In this document: positions 1 through 12,598 of the stretch, one piece after another
How positions within the stretch are numbered: the stretch's first letter is position 1
Layout of the letters: each line of letters begins with the position of its first letter
The notes under the pieces: model-generated
The model's input: only the letters and a program-made list of their open reading frames with translations
The model's database searches: none
Told to the model about the DNA's origin: nothing
NCBI RefSeq assembly: GCF_009914755.1
Contig: NC_060928.1
Length of the DNA stretch: 64,000 nucleotides
Reading direction: 5' to 3' (one strand)
DNA from: the human T2T-CHM13v2.0 reference genome, Homo sapiens
Program-made: the position numbers and the translations under genes

Positions 1-450
1 CAAGGAAGGGTCATGGCTGGGAGAACAATTAGGGCTATTTTTACAGTGTGGGAGAGACATGATGATGGCTGGAGCCAATGGTAGTCATAGAGGATGAGAG
101 ACAGGGTCAGATTCTAGGTATTTTTCAAAGCAGAACCCAAAGGAACATCTGATACATTGAATATGAGTGGTATGAATACAGGCAGAGCAGTCGTGGAGGA
201 TGCTCAGGCTCTTGACCTGAGCCACTTAATGAATGAAGTTGTCATTTCCTAAGATTGGGTCACCGAGGGGAGAAGCAGCTTTGGGGAAAATAAAAGATTG
301 AAATCTCAGTTTTGGCCACATTAAATTAGAAATATCTATTAGACAACTAAGTGGAAATGCCACATAGGCAGTTGACTATGTGAGCTTAAAGTTTAGCACA
401 GGGATCAGTTCAAGGTAATATGTAGATTTCAAGCCATGGAATATTACATC
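1..450 (-). mobile_element. L2 (LINE2) fragment
   Basis: Degenerate match to antisense L2 motifs (ttagggctatt...gagagacatgatgatggc; cagttttggccacattaaattagaaatatctattagac; atttcaagccatgg). Confidence 0.7.
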
Positions 451-1274
451 TGGGCCCTGTGTTAGGACAGTGACTAACATAGCCTGCAAACAGCAAGTCA
501 TCATTATTGTTTACGGGTGTGTTGCTAATTCTTCCTTCCACATTAAATGTGAAGTCAAGTTCAGAAATGACTTTGACTTCAATAATGTTATTGACATGCT
601 ACGCAATGGTGTCCATTTATCTGATTGATTAAAATGGAACAGAAAATGATACTAAATTTCTGTAATAGCTCATGCAAGATACTGGGGAAATACATTCTTT
701 TCTAGATGTTTACTGAATATTCTTTTAGCCAGCAGACATTTACAGAAACCTTATTATGTGTCAGCCACTGACTATATCCAGATTACATAATGAAAAATAA
801 CAGGCAGTCTTCAGATTTAAAGAACGCAAAACCTGTGGAAGGAACAGCAACAGGACTGTAGCTGACGGTCCTTGATGTAACCAGCTTAAGAGTTGTTGTG
901 AGGTATCAAAGAGGTAATTGATGTATATTGTTAAATTATGTCCATCTATGCATCATTAGTATCCCCTTTTGCAAATGCAAATTTTAAGGCAAGGCATGTC
1001 GAGTGGCTTTTGTAAAGCAAAACTGGATCTCAATTCCAGATTTTCTATTTCTCTATCATAACTTGTGACTACATTGAACTGACCCCTCCTGACTCTCTCC
1101 CAAGAATGACATCATTTTGAAAGCATTCTTCAATCTCTGTGAGCCTTCAGTTACTTATTTGAAAGAAAACAAAAACTAGGCAGAAAGAAAAACATTTCCA
1201 AGTTAGTTACATGCAATATTAATGAACATTCAATGAATTAATGTGTGTGAATATTTGAAATATTAAACAATGTT

Positions 1275-1405
1275 GTTCCAGCACTTTCTGAGTGACCTCA
1301 GACAAGTTGCTTAATGTCACTGAGCATCGTTTACCCATCTGTAAAATGGAAAATGGAAAGAAGAATAACTATTTTGAGAAGTTGGTGGGAGAGTGAAACA
1401 AACAA
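1275..1405 (+). mobile_element. MIR fragment
   Basis: MIR core gtgacctcagacaagttgcttaat...catctgtaaaatgg. Confidence 0.7.
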
Positions 1406-2044
1406 ATCACCCTCAGCTGAACGCCTGGCTCTGAGCATGTACTGGGACAACCAGCTCTCACTGTTGTCAGTTTCCCTATGATCCACAGCCAAGCTCACAG
1501 GACTCATTATAACCATTTAAATCTTCTTGTCTTTCATTTTTATTAGCTAGCCCATTGATTTCTCAAATAGGAGAATAAACCCTTAGGGGAAAAACAAAAA
1601 CAAACACTAAAACAGCAACAACAAAAAAAACCTCTTCCAAACAGGATTATTTTACTGATTCTGAAGTCTCACTTTTATGTGCTGATCTCCTCTCTGTATT
1701 CAGGTTTCTCTTCCTTCCGAAGAACTTAGGTTAAAAATTTAAAAACCACTGAAAAATATAATGTTGGAAAATAATGTCTACACTTTCTTTCTGATTTCAA
1801 TTCTTATAATCCAACTCCCACTAAAAAAAGTGATTGAGCAGTTGAGACTGATATCTACATGAGGAAAAATTTTAAAAAATTATTTTTTATTGATTCAAAA
1901 TTAGAAATGAGGGTAGAGTGACTTAATAATGCTGTTTGAGCCACCAGGGTGGGGGTGACAGTTGTGAGAGAGAAGACTTGAGGATCTATTCTGTGTCTTA
2001 CATGGCTGGCTGCTTGTTATGTGTGTTTACACTACATTTACACC

Positions 2045-2170
2045 TGCCTTATTTTGACAGATAAGAAAACTGAGGGTCAGAGTGACCATGCCACACACCC
2101 GAAGTTACATGGGTAGTAAGCGAAATAACGAAACAGCAGGGCATCCGCTGCTAAATCCTGTTCTCTTTCT
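2045..2170 (-). mobile_element. MIR fragment
   Basis: Antisense MIR core attttgacagataagaaaactgagg. Confidence 0.6.
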
Positions 2171-2334
2171 ATTGTATCACACTGCTCTGATGACCAGCAT
2201 TTCTCATGTGATAATTGATGTTTATTTTTCATCTAATGATTGTGGCCTTGTTTTAGGTATTGGAAGAACAAACATGAGAAGACGAACTTCAATATTGCAG
2301 TTGAGGGGGTGAGGCCCAGCATCATTGACTTTCC

Positions 2335-2547
2335 TGAAGTGTTTGACCTTGGAACTGTTGATAGTTTTGGTCGGATAATTCTGCTATGGTGGAGTAGAGG
2401 GGCTATTCTTGCATTTTAGGATATTTAGCAGAACCCTTGGCCACTCACCACAAAATGACAGTAGCATTCCCTGCTGTGACAATCAAAATGTCTCCAGATA
2501 TTGCCAAATGTCTCCTGGGGGCACATTCCCCCCCTGGTTCAGAACTA
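2335..2547 (-). mobile_element. MER20 (hAT-Charlie non-autonomous DNA transposon)
   Basis: tgtgacaatcaaaatgtctccagatattgccaaatgtctcctggggg...ccctggttcagaac matches the reverse complement of the MER20 5' half. Confidence 0.8.
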
Positions 2548-3238
2548 GACTGAAGCCCACTGGGCGGTTGAATTACTTTGCCAATGCCAGAACATATGTA
2601 AATGCCTATCTATAGGCCCACTGCTTCCTTCGGTGGTGAATTATAGTTATTTGTTCTTCACATACTAAGCTTTTTACGCATCTAAAAGTTTATAACTCAT
2701 AAAAATATCAGAAGACAATTTAGGACAGCACCAGTCAAAGGTCACTGCCCTCAGAGTACATTTGTCTGCCTTTCGAAAAACTAAACTTGTGTCTTCTCTG
2801 CATAGTTTTTCAGGGTCTTCCCTTTCCACATTCTTCTCTTCCAGAAGAAAATTTGCACATGCCCCAAACTCAGGTTTTCCCTTGAATTCTGAGTCCCTTG
2901 GTAAATCAAGTTGCTCTCCCTCTGTGTGAGGGAGTATGTAATAGGACTCCTTCACTTCTGTCCTTCTTCCTTGCAAATACTGGTGACCTTGGGTCAGTTA
3001 GTCTATCTCAGTGTCCTACGTTTTTTCCTTTATAGTGCTTACCACTCTCTAAAGTTACTTGTTTGTTAAAAGTTCTCTTTCTATCTCCTGTGACCACCTC
3101 ATTTCCATCCAAACTCCACATTGAAGGATGGCAAGATTGAGATCTGTGTGGGTCATCTGGGTAATTCCAGGGCCTACAGCAGGGCCCAGGGCCAGTAAAA
3201 ACAGCATGTGTTGAACTCATTAATGTTGCCTTTGTTTA

Positions 3239-4544
3239 AAGTCATGCGTTGCTTAATAATGAAGTTAGGTTCTGAGAAATGCACCATTAGGTGACTTTAT
3301 GATGGTGTGAACATAGTGTATTTACAAAAGCCTAGATGGTCTGGTCTACTGCACACTTAAGCTATATGGTACAGCCGACTGCTCCTAGGCTTCTTACCTG
3401 TACAGCATGCGACTATACTGAATATTGTAGGCAATTCTAACACAATGGTAAGTATTTATTTGTGTACCTAAATATATCTAAACATACAAAGGTTGTGATG
3501 GTTAATACTGAGTGTCAACTTGATTGGATTGAGGGACACAGAGTATTAATCCTGGGTGTGTCTGTGAGAGTATTGGCAGAAGAGATTAACATTTGAGTCA
3601 GTGGACTGGGGAAGGCAGACCCACCCTTAATCTGATGGGCACAATCTAATCAGCTGCCAGGGAATATAAAGCAGGCAGAAAAAGGTGAAAAGGAGACATG
3701 GGCCTAGCCTCCCAGCCTACATCTTTCTCCTGTACTGAATGCTTCCTGCCCTTGAACATTGGGCTCCAGGTTCTTCAGTCTGGAGACTTGGACCGGCTCT
3801 CCTTCCTCAGCTTGCAGACAGCCTATTGTGGGACCTTGCGATTGTGTAAGTTAATACTTGCTAAACTCCCCTTTATATATATACACACACACGTATACAC
3901 ACACACGTATACACACATATGCACACACATATCCTATTAGTTCTGTTTCTCTAAGAGAACCCTGACTAGTACAAAGGTATAGTAGAAATACAGCATAAAA
4001 TAAAATAAAATGGTGCACTTTTTTAGGACACTTACTACAAATGAAGCTTGCAGGACTGGAAGCTGCCCTGCAAGTGGTCGTAGGTGAATGGTGAGTGAGT
4101 GTGAAGCCTAGGGCATTACTGTACACAACTTCAGATGTACAAACATTGTACACTTAGCCTACATTAAATGTATAAAAAAATTCTTTCTTCAATAATAAAT
4201 TAACCTTAGCTTACTGTAACTTTCTTACTTTATACACTTTTTAATTTTTTAAACTTTTTTCTCTCGTAATAATATTTAAACAAACACACTGCATAGCTGT
4301 ACAAAAATATTTCTTTATTTCTATTCTTATTCTATAAGCTCTTCTCTATTTTCCATTTTTCAACTTTTTTTAATGTTTTAAACTTCTTTTTGTTAAAAAC
4401 TAAGACACGAGCACATACCTTAGCCTAGGCATATACAGGATCAGGATCATGAAAAGGTCACCAGGAGATAGAAATTTTTTGGCTCTGTTATCCTCTTGTG
4501 GACCACTTTTGTATACCCAAATAACCTTGTGCAGTACATTACTA
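3239..4544 (+). mobile_element. Tigger3b/Golem-type Tc1/mariner relic, interrupted by MLT2A
   Basis: Starts (c/a)agtcatgcgttgcttaa...ttctgagaaatgc; resumes after 3973; degenerate right TIR; TA at 3237-3238 and 4545-4546. Confidence 0.85.
3494..3973 (+). mobile_element. MLT2A (HERV-L) solo LTR
   Basis: tgtgatggttaatactgagtgtcaacttgattggattg ... agagaaccctgactagtaca; exact 5-bp TSD AAGGT (3489-3493, 3974-3978); internal (TA)/(CA) tract. Confidence 0.92.
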
Positions 4545-4901
4545 TATTTTGTAACCAGATTTTACTAAGCATTTTGGAAGAAGATGCCATAGATATACTG
4601 TCCCTGTGCCCTGGGCACTCATAGGTTCCATGGCTATAAGGATTTTTAGTGCTCTGGCCTGAGGAGGCTCTACACTTCAGAAACTGCTGAGCCTGACAGT
4701 GTGTGGCAGGCCAGGGAGCTATTTTCCCAGACAGAGCCCATGACCAGTGATGGATGGAGCCTGCTGGGTGGGCACCCAGCTTCTCCACCCTGAGGGTGAG
4801 ATAACTACATACAGTTACCTAGTGTTCTCAGTGGGATTGAAGCTAGTGGCTATAGTTGGTCCCGTGTTAATCAGTGTACCCAGCGTAGCCTCCTTCCCTT
4901 G

Positions 4902-5330
4902 TATGTTAGTCCATTCTTGTGTTGCTATAAAGAAATACCCAAGATTGGGTAATTTATAGAGACAAGAGGTTTAACTGGCTCACAGTTCTGCAGGTGTACA
5001 AGAAGCATGGCACCAGCATCTGCTTCTGGTGAGGCCTCAGGAAGCTCACAATCATGGTGGAAGGTGAAGGGGGGGCAGGCCTGTCACACGGTGAGGGTGG
5101 GAGCAAAGTGGTGGGAGGTGCCACATTCTTTTAAACAACCAGATCTCATGTCAACCAGAGTGAGAACTCACTTATCACCAAGAGGATGGTGCTGAGTCAT
5201 TCACCCTTGGGACCCATTCACCCTGGGGACCTGCCCCATGATCCAGTCATCTCCCACCAGACACCACCTCCAATCCTGGGAATTATGTTTCAACGTGAGA
5301 TTTGGAGGGACCAACATCCAAGCCATATCA
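4902..5330 (-). mobile_element. MSTA-type MaLR solo LTR
   Basis: ttagtccattcttgtgttgctataaagaaatacc ... ggtgaggcctcaggaagctcacaatcatgg ... catccaagccatatca. Confidence 0.88.
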
Positions 5331-5357
5331 GGTTGCCTGTGGCAGTTCCCCATTCCC

Positions 5358-5741
5358 TGTATATGTTTGCTAGGGCTGACTTAACAAAGTAGCACAGACT
5401 GGGAGGTTTAAACAGTAGAAATTTATTCTTTCCCAATTGTGGAGGCTAGAGGTCAGAGAACAAGGTGTCAGCAGGGTGGATTCCTTCTGATATCTCTCTC
5501 CTTGGCTTGTAGATGGCCATTTTCTCCTCCTGTCTTCAGATGGACTTCATTCTGTATACATCTCTGTGTCCTCATCTCCTCTTTTTATAAAGACCCCACT
5601 TATATTGAATTAGGGCTCACCCAGATGACCACTTAATCACCTCTTTAAAGACACTGTCTCCAAATATAGTCACATTATGAAATATTAGGAATTAGGCACT
5701 CAACATATAAGTGTTGGCAGGACATGATTAAACTTATAACA
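5358..5741 (-). mobile_element. MLT1B-type MaLR solo LTR
   Basis: tgtatatgtttgctagggctg...cacagactgggaggtttaaac...tctccaaatatagtcacatt...ttataaca. Confidence 0.85.
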
Positions 5742-5879
5742 CCCCCTTATCTGGGTTTTCTGCTTTCATCTCGAAAATTAACTTCTTGCCCTCAAATCCC
5801 TCCCTGTCTGTCTGCTCCCAAGGGAACCCAAACTAAGGCAATTTTGTTCTATTTTTTTTTTCTTTTTTCTTTTCCTGTA

Positions 5880-6030
5880 AATGCTTTATCTTCTCAACAC
5901 TTCTGCCAAGGTATAATTATCCACATTGTGCATATGGAGAAACAGGCTCAGGGAGGACATATATATTCCCAACAATCTGTAAAGGGAAGAAAGGAGGGAA
6001 CTGGCATTGAAACACAGATCTCTGTGGGTC
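5880..6030 (-). mobile_element. MIR fragment
   Basis: attatccacattgtgcatatggagaaacaggctcag, antisense MIR core. Confidence 0.55.
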
Positions 6031-6649
6031 GAAGGTCAGCATCTTCACCTCCCTCCATCCACAAGTTCCTAGTGATCTCCAGAAAGTCTCCAGAAAGCTC
6101 CTAGAGTGCTCATGATACTACAAATAAGAGGTTTAACTATTATAAGATGTTTCCATTTTCCCAAATGTACTCATATTGATACCTGAACAGCTTTTTCAAA
6201 GCTCCTGTATTTCTGTGGAAGGGAAACACAGTTATGGCCCTGGAACTGCATTCCTATCTCTCAGATCAACTTAACCCACCTCTACTGAGCACAGAATCTG
6301 GGAGATGCACCAACCTGGCCCAAGGGAAATGTTGGATAAATAAATTCCTGTCCCCATTGAATATGCTGTGAAAAATATCATCTCGATTTTAGTGCTGAAA
6401 ATGTTTCATTTCCAGTATGGAAAGAGATATTTTCTTTTTGGAGATTTAGAATTAAGTAACAGCTAATATTTCCCTTTCAAGAAAGACTGCCAGGAAATAT
6501 AAGGTTTATCCATATCACTAGCATATCTGGATTTTATTTTCATTTTCTTTGATGGATTTTGTGTATATATTTACACTCTGATATTTCAGGGTCCAAAAAA
6601 TTAAACAATGATGACAATAGCAACAATAATGGGTATCATTACTAATATC

Positions 6650-6870
6650 AATGAAACATGATGTTGTAGGCTCTATGATTTATATGCATTTTATTATTTT
6701 ACATAGCTATCCGGTGAGGTGTTTGAGTAAACAAACAACACTCAACAGCTGTTTTACAGATGAAGACCAAAGCCTAGAGAATGAGCTTGTTTCCCTAAGA
6801 TTATACAACTATAAAATAGTCATTTGAGGTTCAAACTCATGACCTTATGACTCTAAAGCCTGGAGTTAAC
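6650..6870 (-). mobile_element. MIR fragment
   Basis: ttttacagatgaagaccaaagcctagaga...ttcaaactc. Confidence 0.6.
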
Positions 6871-6935
6871 CTTGATGCTGTTACTCTGCATGCCACATTT
6901 TAAGTCACCTGGATCTTTTATGAAAACAAGTGAGC

Positions 6936-7771
6936 TGTATATCATGGATGTCCCCCAGTTAGATATCCCTTTAAGAGAACCTACTGCAAAGAGACTGTGT
7001 CCCTTCAGCCAAACCTGTTGCATCCTCAGATCTTCCCCAGGTGGAGGCGTAAACACTCAGGCCACACTTCCCCGGGGCTGCTCTCAGACGAATACTGAAT
7101 ACTGAGCACGGTCGGGTTCCTAGTACAGGTCCATTCCTGCCCTACAGTGGAAGCCTATTCCAACAGGTGACTTTGGCTCAAAAATGCTGTCGTAGTGCAT
7201 TCAGGCTGCTCTAACAAAAAATGGCATAGACTGGGTAGCTTATAAACAACAGATTTTTGTTTCTCACTGGTCTGGCAGCTAGGAAGTCTGAAATCAAGGT
7301 GCTGGCAGATTCTGTTTCTGGTGAGGGCCCATTTTCTGGTTCACAGGCAGTGCCGTCTTTCTGTCTTTACATGGTGGAAGGCATGATGTGTGGGGGGTGG
7401 TGTCTCTCTCTGACCTCTTTTATAAGAGCATGAACCCATCCATGAGGGCTTCATCCTTATCACCTGCCAAAGGCACCATGTCCTGATACCATCAGGTTTG
7501 GGTTTAGAATTTTAACGTATGAAATTTGGTGAGACACACCGATTCAGACAATAGCAGATGCCTTACTGACACCTGGCTGAGACTTCCTCTGCGTGGCTCT
7601 GAGGTCTGAGGCTCTTCCTGTCTATTCTTCCTTTCCCTATTTCCTTTTACAGGTGTCACATCTGTGTCATGGTCTAAGGGTCTTCCTACCTGCACCTGCT
7701 CTTGCCCTCTGTGTCCTTCATGAGCATTTCTTCCAGTAAGTCTTTCGCACTTCCAATCCCATTTTAGCATC
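6936..7771 (+). mobile_element. LTR33-like ERVL LTR split by MLT1A
   Basis: tgaggctcttcct...tacaggtgtcacatctg...ggtctaagggtcttcc...cttccaatcccattttagcatc. Confidence 0.7.
7188..7556 (-). mobile_element. MLT1A-type MaLR solo LTR
   Basis: tgtcgtagtgcattcaggctgct...ttcagacaatagca; TSD AATGC/GATGC (4/5). Confidence 0.87.
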
Positions 7772-8304
7772 AGAAAAAATAACAGTGAGAATAAAAGAAA
7801 ATAAAAGTACTTATTTTTCTATTTATTGAATGTAATCCCAGAGCTAATGGGATGCCTGAGGCATATTGGGTGCCCACTAAATATTTGTTGGATAAATACC
7901 TCCTATGCTCAAGTTGCTGACAAAAGTGTATGAGAGGCACACACAGTAATAGATATTTGAGGCAAGAGGCAAAATATTTTTAAAAAAGATTTGTTTTGAG
8001 AGAAGAGTAAGTAAACTGCTTTAGTTATAAAGGATTACATTGAAGAAACCTTTGGGGGCTTCATGGATAAGGCAGCATTCTGCATGATTTTAAAGGGCAT
8101 ATGAGATTTCCATGAGTGAAGAAGTCGTAAGCTTTAGAAAATAGTGTGTGAGCAAAGTAGGGAGGTATATTCTACTATATGCATAAGTTGGACAAGGCAG
8201 TGGTGCCACATGTCTAGGGTGGCTGGGGTGGCTTTTTATAGGGCATAAATGGATGTTTTATAAGATGAAGAGGAGAACACAGAGGGAAACTGGGGATAGA
8301 CTTT

Positions 8305-8430
8305 GTATATGCGGTGTATATGAGGTATGTATGTTATACATATATGTATGTATATGTACATGTATATATATGTACATGGGTGTATGTATACATGTATGTA
8401 TATGAGGTGTATATGTATATGACATGTATG
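8305..8430. repeat. Degenerate (TATG)n/(TA)n simple repeat
   Basis: Seen directly. Confidence 0.85.
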
Positions 8431-8481
8431 GCTTACTGTTTGAATGATCATAGAATAAGAATGAAGATAGTTATTCTATAA

Positions 8482-9074
8482 CAGTGCTGTCTTTTTCTGT
8501 TTGTATAAATTTATGAGATTCAAGAGCAATTTTGTTATATGAGTAGATTAGGTAGTGGTGAAGTCAAGGCTTTTAGGGTCTACATCACCCAAATAAAATA
8601 CATTGTATCCATTAAGTAATTTCTCATCATCCACCCCTCTCCAATCCCTTCATTCTTTCTAGTCTCCACTGTCTGTGATTCCACACTCTACATCCAAGTG
8701 TATACATAATTTAGCTCTTACTTATGAGTGAGAACTTGCAGTATTGTTTTCCAGTGCTGTCTAATGGAAATACAATGTAATGTACAAATTTGAGCCATAT
8801 ATGAGATTTAAAATTTTGTAGTGGTTGCATTAAAAACCTATATAAAGAAACAGGTAAAACTATTTTAATAATGTATTTCATGTTATCCAAAATATTATCA
8901 TTTCTGCATGTAATCAATATAATTATTAATGTGATATTTTTCATTGCTTTCTCTTACTAAGCCTTCAAGATCTAGTATTATTTTATACTTAATAGCATAC
9001 CTCAATTCAAACTAATTACATTTAAGTGCTCAGTAGCTACCTGTGGCTAATGGATACTGTACTGAAGAACATAG
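8482..9074. mobile_element. MER33/MER3-type hAT-Charlie element
   Basis: cagtgctgtctaatggaaatacaatg...gtgctcagtagctacctgtggctaatgg; 8-bp TSD TTCTATAA (8474-8481) / TTGTATAA (9075-9082). Confidence 0.82.
8493..8751 (-). mobile_element. L1MA/L1PB-age L1 3' end inserted in the MER33 terminus
   Basis: L1 3'UTR antisense (ttagctcttacttatgagtgagaac); 11-bp TSD CAGTGCTGTCT (8482-8492, 8752-8762). Confidence 0.85.
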
Positions 9075-9264
9075 TTGTATAATATCTGATCCGGAATGTC
9101 CTAACAAAAAATTGCACTGAATTTATAGCTGAGAGATGAAACACTTCCAGAAGATGTCTGAAGAACTCTGCAGGTCATGGGGGGAATGGCAGACCTTCCT
9201 GCCTGGGAGGTGGTGGCTGAAAATACAGCCTTTGAGAGGATTGGCTTTGGAGACTTGCAAAAGC

Positions 9265-9370
9265 TTGTGCATTTGAATCTAGCTCTCCCGATGACTAAGT
9301 GTGCAACTGTGAGCACATCAGAACCTCTCTGAGCCTAAGCCTGTTTCTCCACCTAAAATGATTGTAACAA
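9265..9370 (+). mobile_element. MIR fragment
   Basis: ttgaatctagctct...aacctctctgagcct...taaaatg. Confidence 0.6.
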
Positions 9371-9959
9371 GACCATTCAGGTCTTTCATTGCTTCTTCTC
9401 CCATCATCCTGAACTTGCTCTGATAGACTAGACTGGGAACTAACTAATTACAGAGATCTCAGACCAAGCCGTCCTCTTACTAAGGTCATGGCACAGTCAA
9501 AGCTCTGTCCTTCCTTATTAAAGTGATAAGAGATGACCCAAAGAGAGAGGGAAAACAAAGGCTCCTGTGATAATGACAGTCAGCCAGTCAATCACTGAAC
9601 AGGGAAAAGTGTGTGTATAGCGGGTACCCAGTGCCACATTCACACAAGCCCTGGGATAGACCACGCCCACAAAGCACCCACTTGAACTGAAGAGACAACA
9701 GCGAGAATACAGAGATTTCTGCTGCATGCTAGTTAATCAGGAACTCCAAACCAAAGCCAAAGCGTAGACAGACCACACAAAAGTATTTAGGAAATGCTGA
9801 AACCATAGCTCCCTTTATTCTAGGCAGTTACTATTCTAAGCAGTAAGAGATGTATGATTAAAACATGAACAAAGTTTCTTTCTCCATCAAACTCAAAAAC
9901 AGAGTAAATAAGAAAATGAATATATATTTTATATGCATGTAAAACATAAGACACAAAGA

Positions 9960-10430
9960 TATGAATTTAATAGTGATGAGCAATAGAAAGATGAAGAAGC
10001 AGGAGGAGGAGAGGACTGGGGTTCAGAGGGTGTTTTAGTTAAATGGAGTCCAGGGAGCATCGCTGTGGAGGTGGCATTTGGATGGAGACTGGAACTAAGG
10101 GTGTGGGGGAGTGGGTCAGGCAGAGAGAGCAGCAGCCTGTGAGGCTGGACAGAGGGAGTGAGGGGGAGGTTGGCAGGAGCCACAGGATGCCAGACAGGGC
10201 CAGATTTGTGCAGTGTGGGACCTAATTCTCAATATAGATGGCACTGAGCAGGAGAGTGACATCATCCAATTTACGCTTTAAAAAGATCAACCTGGCAGCT
10301 CTGAGAATGACTTGGAAGCTGAGAGGATGAGTTTGTGGGCTGTTGCTGCAGCCCAGGGGAGTGGTGATGCTGGTGTTGACTAGGGTGATAACAGGGATGA
10401 GAAACAGTCTGATCTGGAGTCACACTTGAG
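9960..10430 (-). mobile_element. L2 fragment
   Basis: gagcaggagagtgacatcatccaatttacgctttaaaaagatca...tggtgatgctggtgttgactaggg. Confidence 0.7.
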
Positions 10431-10434
10431 AAAT

Positions 10435-11385
10435 GCAGTTGTTAGGGAAAGAGTGTAGACTTTGAAGTTAGAAAACCAGAGTTCGAGCCTTCACTCATTA
10501 CTTTGCAAGCTGTAAGAGGTTGGGTAGCTTATCACTAGTCTGTGATGTTAATTCATTAACGTACCTAAAACCGATAATCATGGCTATGTCTTATCAACTA
10601 CTAACTAAACGGTTGGCACAATCTTGACTATTAATTTCTGCAGAAACAAACTATCTCAAAACTTGGTGGCTTACAACAGTAACAGTGTATTTTCTTTCAT
10701 GATTCTGTAGGCTGAACAGGTAATCCTTGTTTTCTGATTAGAATTGACTAGAGCACAAAGATGACTAGAAGTTGGTGCTACAGGCCATTGTCTGGCAGCT
10801 CAGTTGTGACTGCTGTCCAGTCGTCTTGATCCTCTTCCATGTGGCCTCTCCACGTGGCTGCTTGGGCTTCCTCACAGCATGGCAGCGGGCTTCCAAAATG
10901 TTGTGTTCCAAGCAGGTGAAACCAGAAGCTTCAAATCTAGCCTTATTAGAGCTACACAGTTTCGCTTCTAATACATTTCTGTTTGTTCCAAACAAGTCAG
11001 AAGGCCAACCCAGCTTCAAAAAATGCAAAAGTGTCTCTAGCTCTTGATGAGGACATGGCCAGGTCACAAAGCAGCACAGCATGTAGAATGGAACATACTG
11101 CTGTAGTCATCTCTGAAAATGCAATCTTAGATGCTGTGTTGAATGTTATTTCATCTAGTCCTCTCACAATCTTAAAGATTAAGCAGTAGAAAGGGGCTCT
11201 GACACTTCCCAGCTGCGCCATTTCAACAAGCTACTAAATCTTCTGTCCTTTTGTCCCCTCACATTTAAGTGAGATAAATCATAGTACCTACCACAAGGAA
11301 TTCTTGAAGACAAAATGAGTTCCTGTATGTAAAGCACTGAGAGTGGTGTGGGGCACACAGTAAACACACTTAGTATTAGTTGTTA
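10435..11385 (+). mobile_element. MIR pieces flanking an MLT1 LTR
   Basis: MIR 5' part at 10435-10585; MIR 3' part (gtacctacc...tatgtaaagcactgagagt...cacagtaaacacact) at ~11270-11385. Confidence 0.55.
10587..11131 (-). mobile_element. MLT1H-like MaLR LTR
   Basis: caaaacttggtggcttacaac...catgtggcctctccacgtggctgcttgggcttcctcacagcatggc...tctgaaaatgcaatc. Confidence 0.78.
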
Positions 11386-11784
11386 TTCTGTTTTGGTGGG
11401 AAGTGGTTATCTTTCCATGGCACAGTTTGAAAACATCAGAAGTTGGATTCAATACCAGAATTCAGAATCTAGTTCCCAGGCTCCCCAGACATCCAGACAC
11501 CACAGACATTCACAACAGATTTGCCAACATCCCTAGGGCCTTAGTGCTCACCTTGGTTGCACTGTTTTGTTTACTTTGAATCAGGGAGTGTGAGTTAATC
11601 GGAGAGTATATATACAATCATTTTGTAAGCCATAGATGTTTTGTTCATTCATATTTGATTGCTTTTTCTTATTGAAATAATTAGGTGATTAGCCAAAATG
11701 AAAAAGGAGAATAAGGCAAAATAGAACCAAAGAGAATGACAGTTAATGATAACAAGCAGACTATGTGGGAGGAAAGAAGTTACA

Positions 11785-12040
11785 ATGTTTATTTCTCAAG
11801 CTCTTATTAGTACTTTGTTGCAGGAACTAATCTATGTACCTCTCAACATTAATTTAATTTTCCTAACAGCTGTATGAGGTAAGCACTACTATTTCTCCCA
11901 CAGTTTAGGAGAAATAGAGATAAGGATGCTGTGGCATTGAGAGAGGTGAGCGGACTCACCCAGGGTCACCCGCTGGATAAGTGGTGAAGCCAGAATTCAA
12001 CCCTGTCTTCCTCGCTCCAGGTGCCAAGCCCTTATCATTA
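11785..12040 (-). mobile_element. MIR
   Basis: tatgaggtaagcactactatt...cagggtcacccgctggataagtggtgaagccagaattcaaccc. Confidence 0.7.
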
Positions 12041-12598
12041 TGGCCTGCTCTCTCTCTAACAGGGCTTTGAGACCTCAAATTTAAAAGGTGGGTATTTCCA
12101 GGAGTAACCAAGAACTCTTTAGGTAGCAGAGCTGAGTCCTGTACCAGAGTTTATATAAACACACTCTACTCTTCCAGATCATTAACAGGAACCAGACAGC
12201 CTTGTAATTAATTTCTATCCATATAGAGGTTTTCCATATTATATTCTCTGATATTGTAAAGCATTGAATGGGTAACAAGCACTTTCATGTGCATTTGCAC
12301 TTTGCATCTCTAGGAGGAGGGCATTATTCATTTTCTTTTCTGGAGAGTGAGGGCAAGTTTCAGAGTGCAAAGAGACTTGTCCAGGATCTTGAAGTGCAAG
12401 TGGTCTTGACACAAGGTCTCTAAATTCAGGTTGGAGATCTTCCACCACATCCTTAGTTCTGTGTACAAGGCATGTATACACTTGAAGGAGTGCTATCGCA
12501 TGGATTGTTGTTTCAAAAAACTACATGCTTATTAACTCCCTCTTGCCTTGGGGCCTTGGCTCTTTGTGTTCCTTTGCTTCATAATACATGTGGCTCAT

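Larger units (their letters stand above)
4550..5840 (+). mobile_element. Old ERVL solo LTR (LTR16-like) split by two MaLR LTRs
   Basis: TG start; LTR16-like body; typical end gggaacccaaactaaggca at 5840. Confidence 0.6.
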
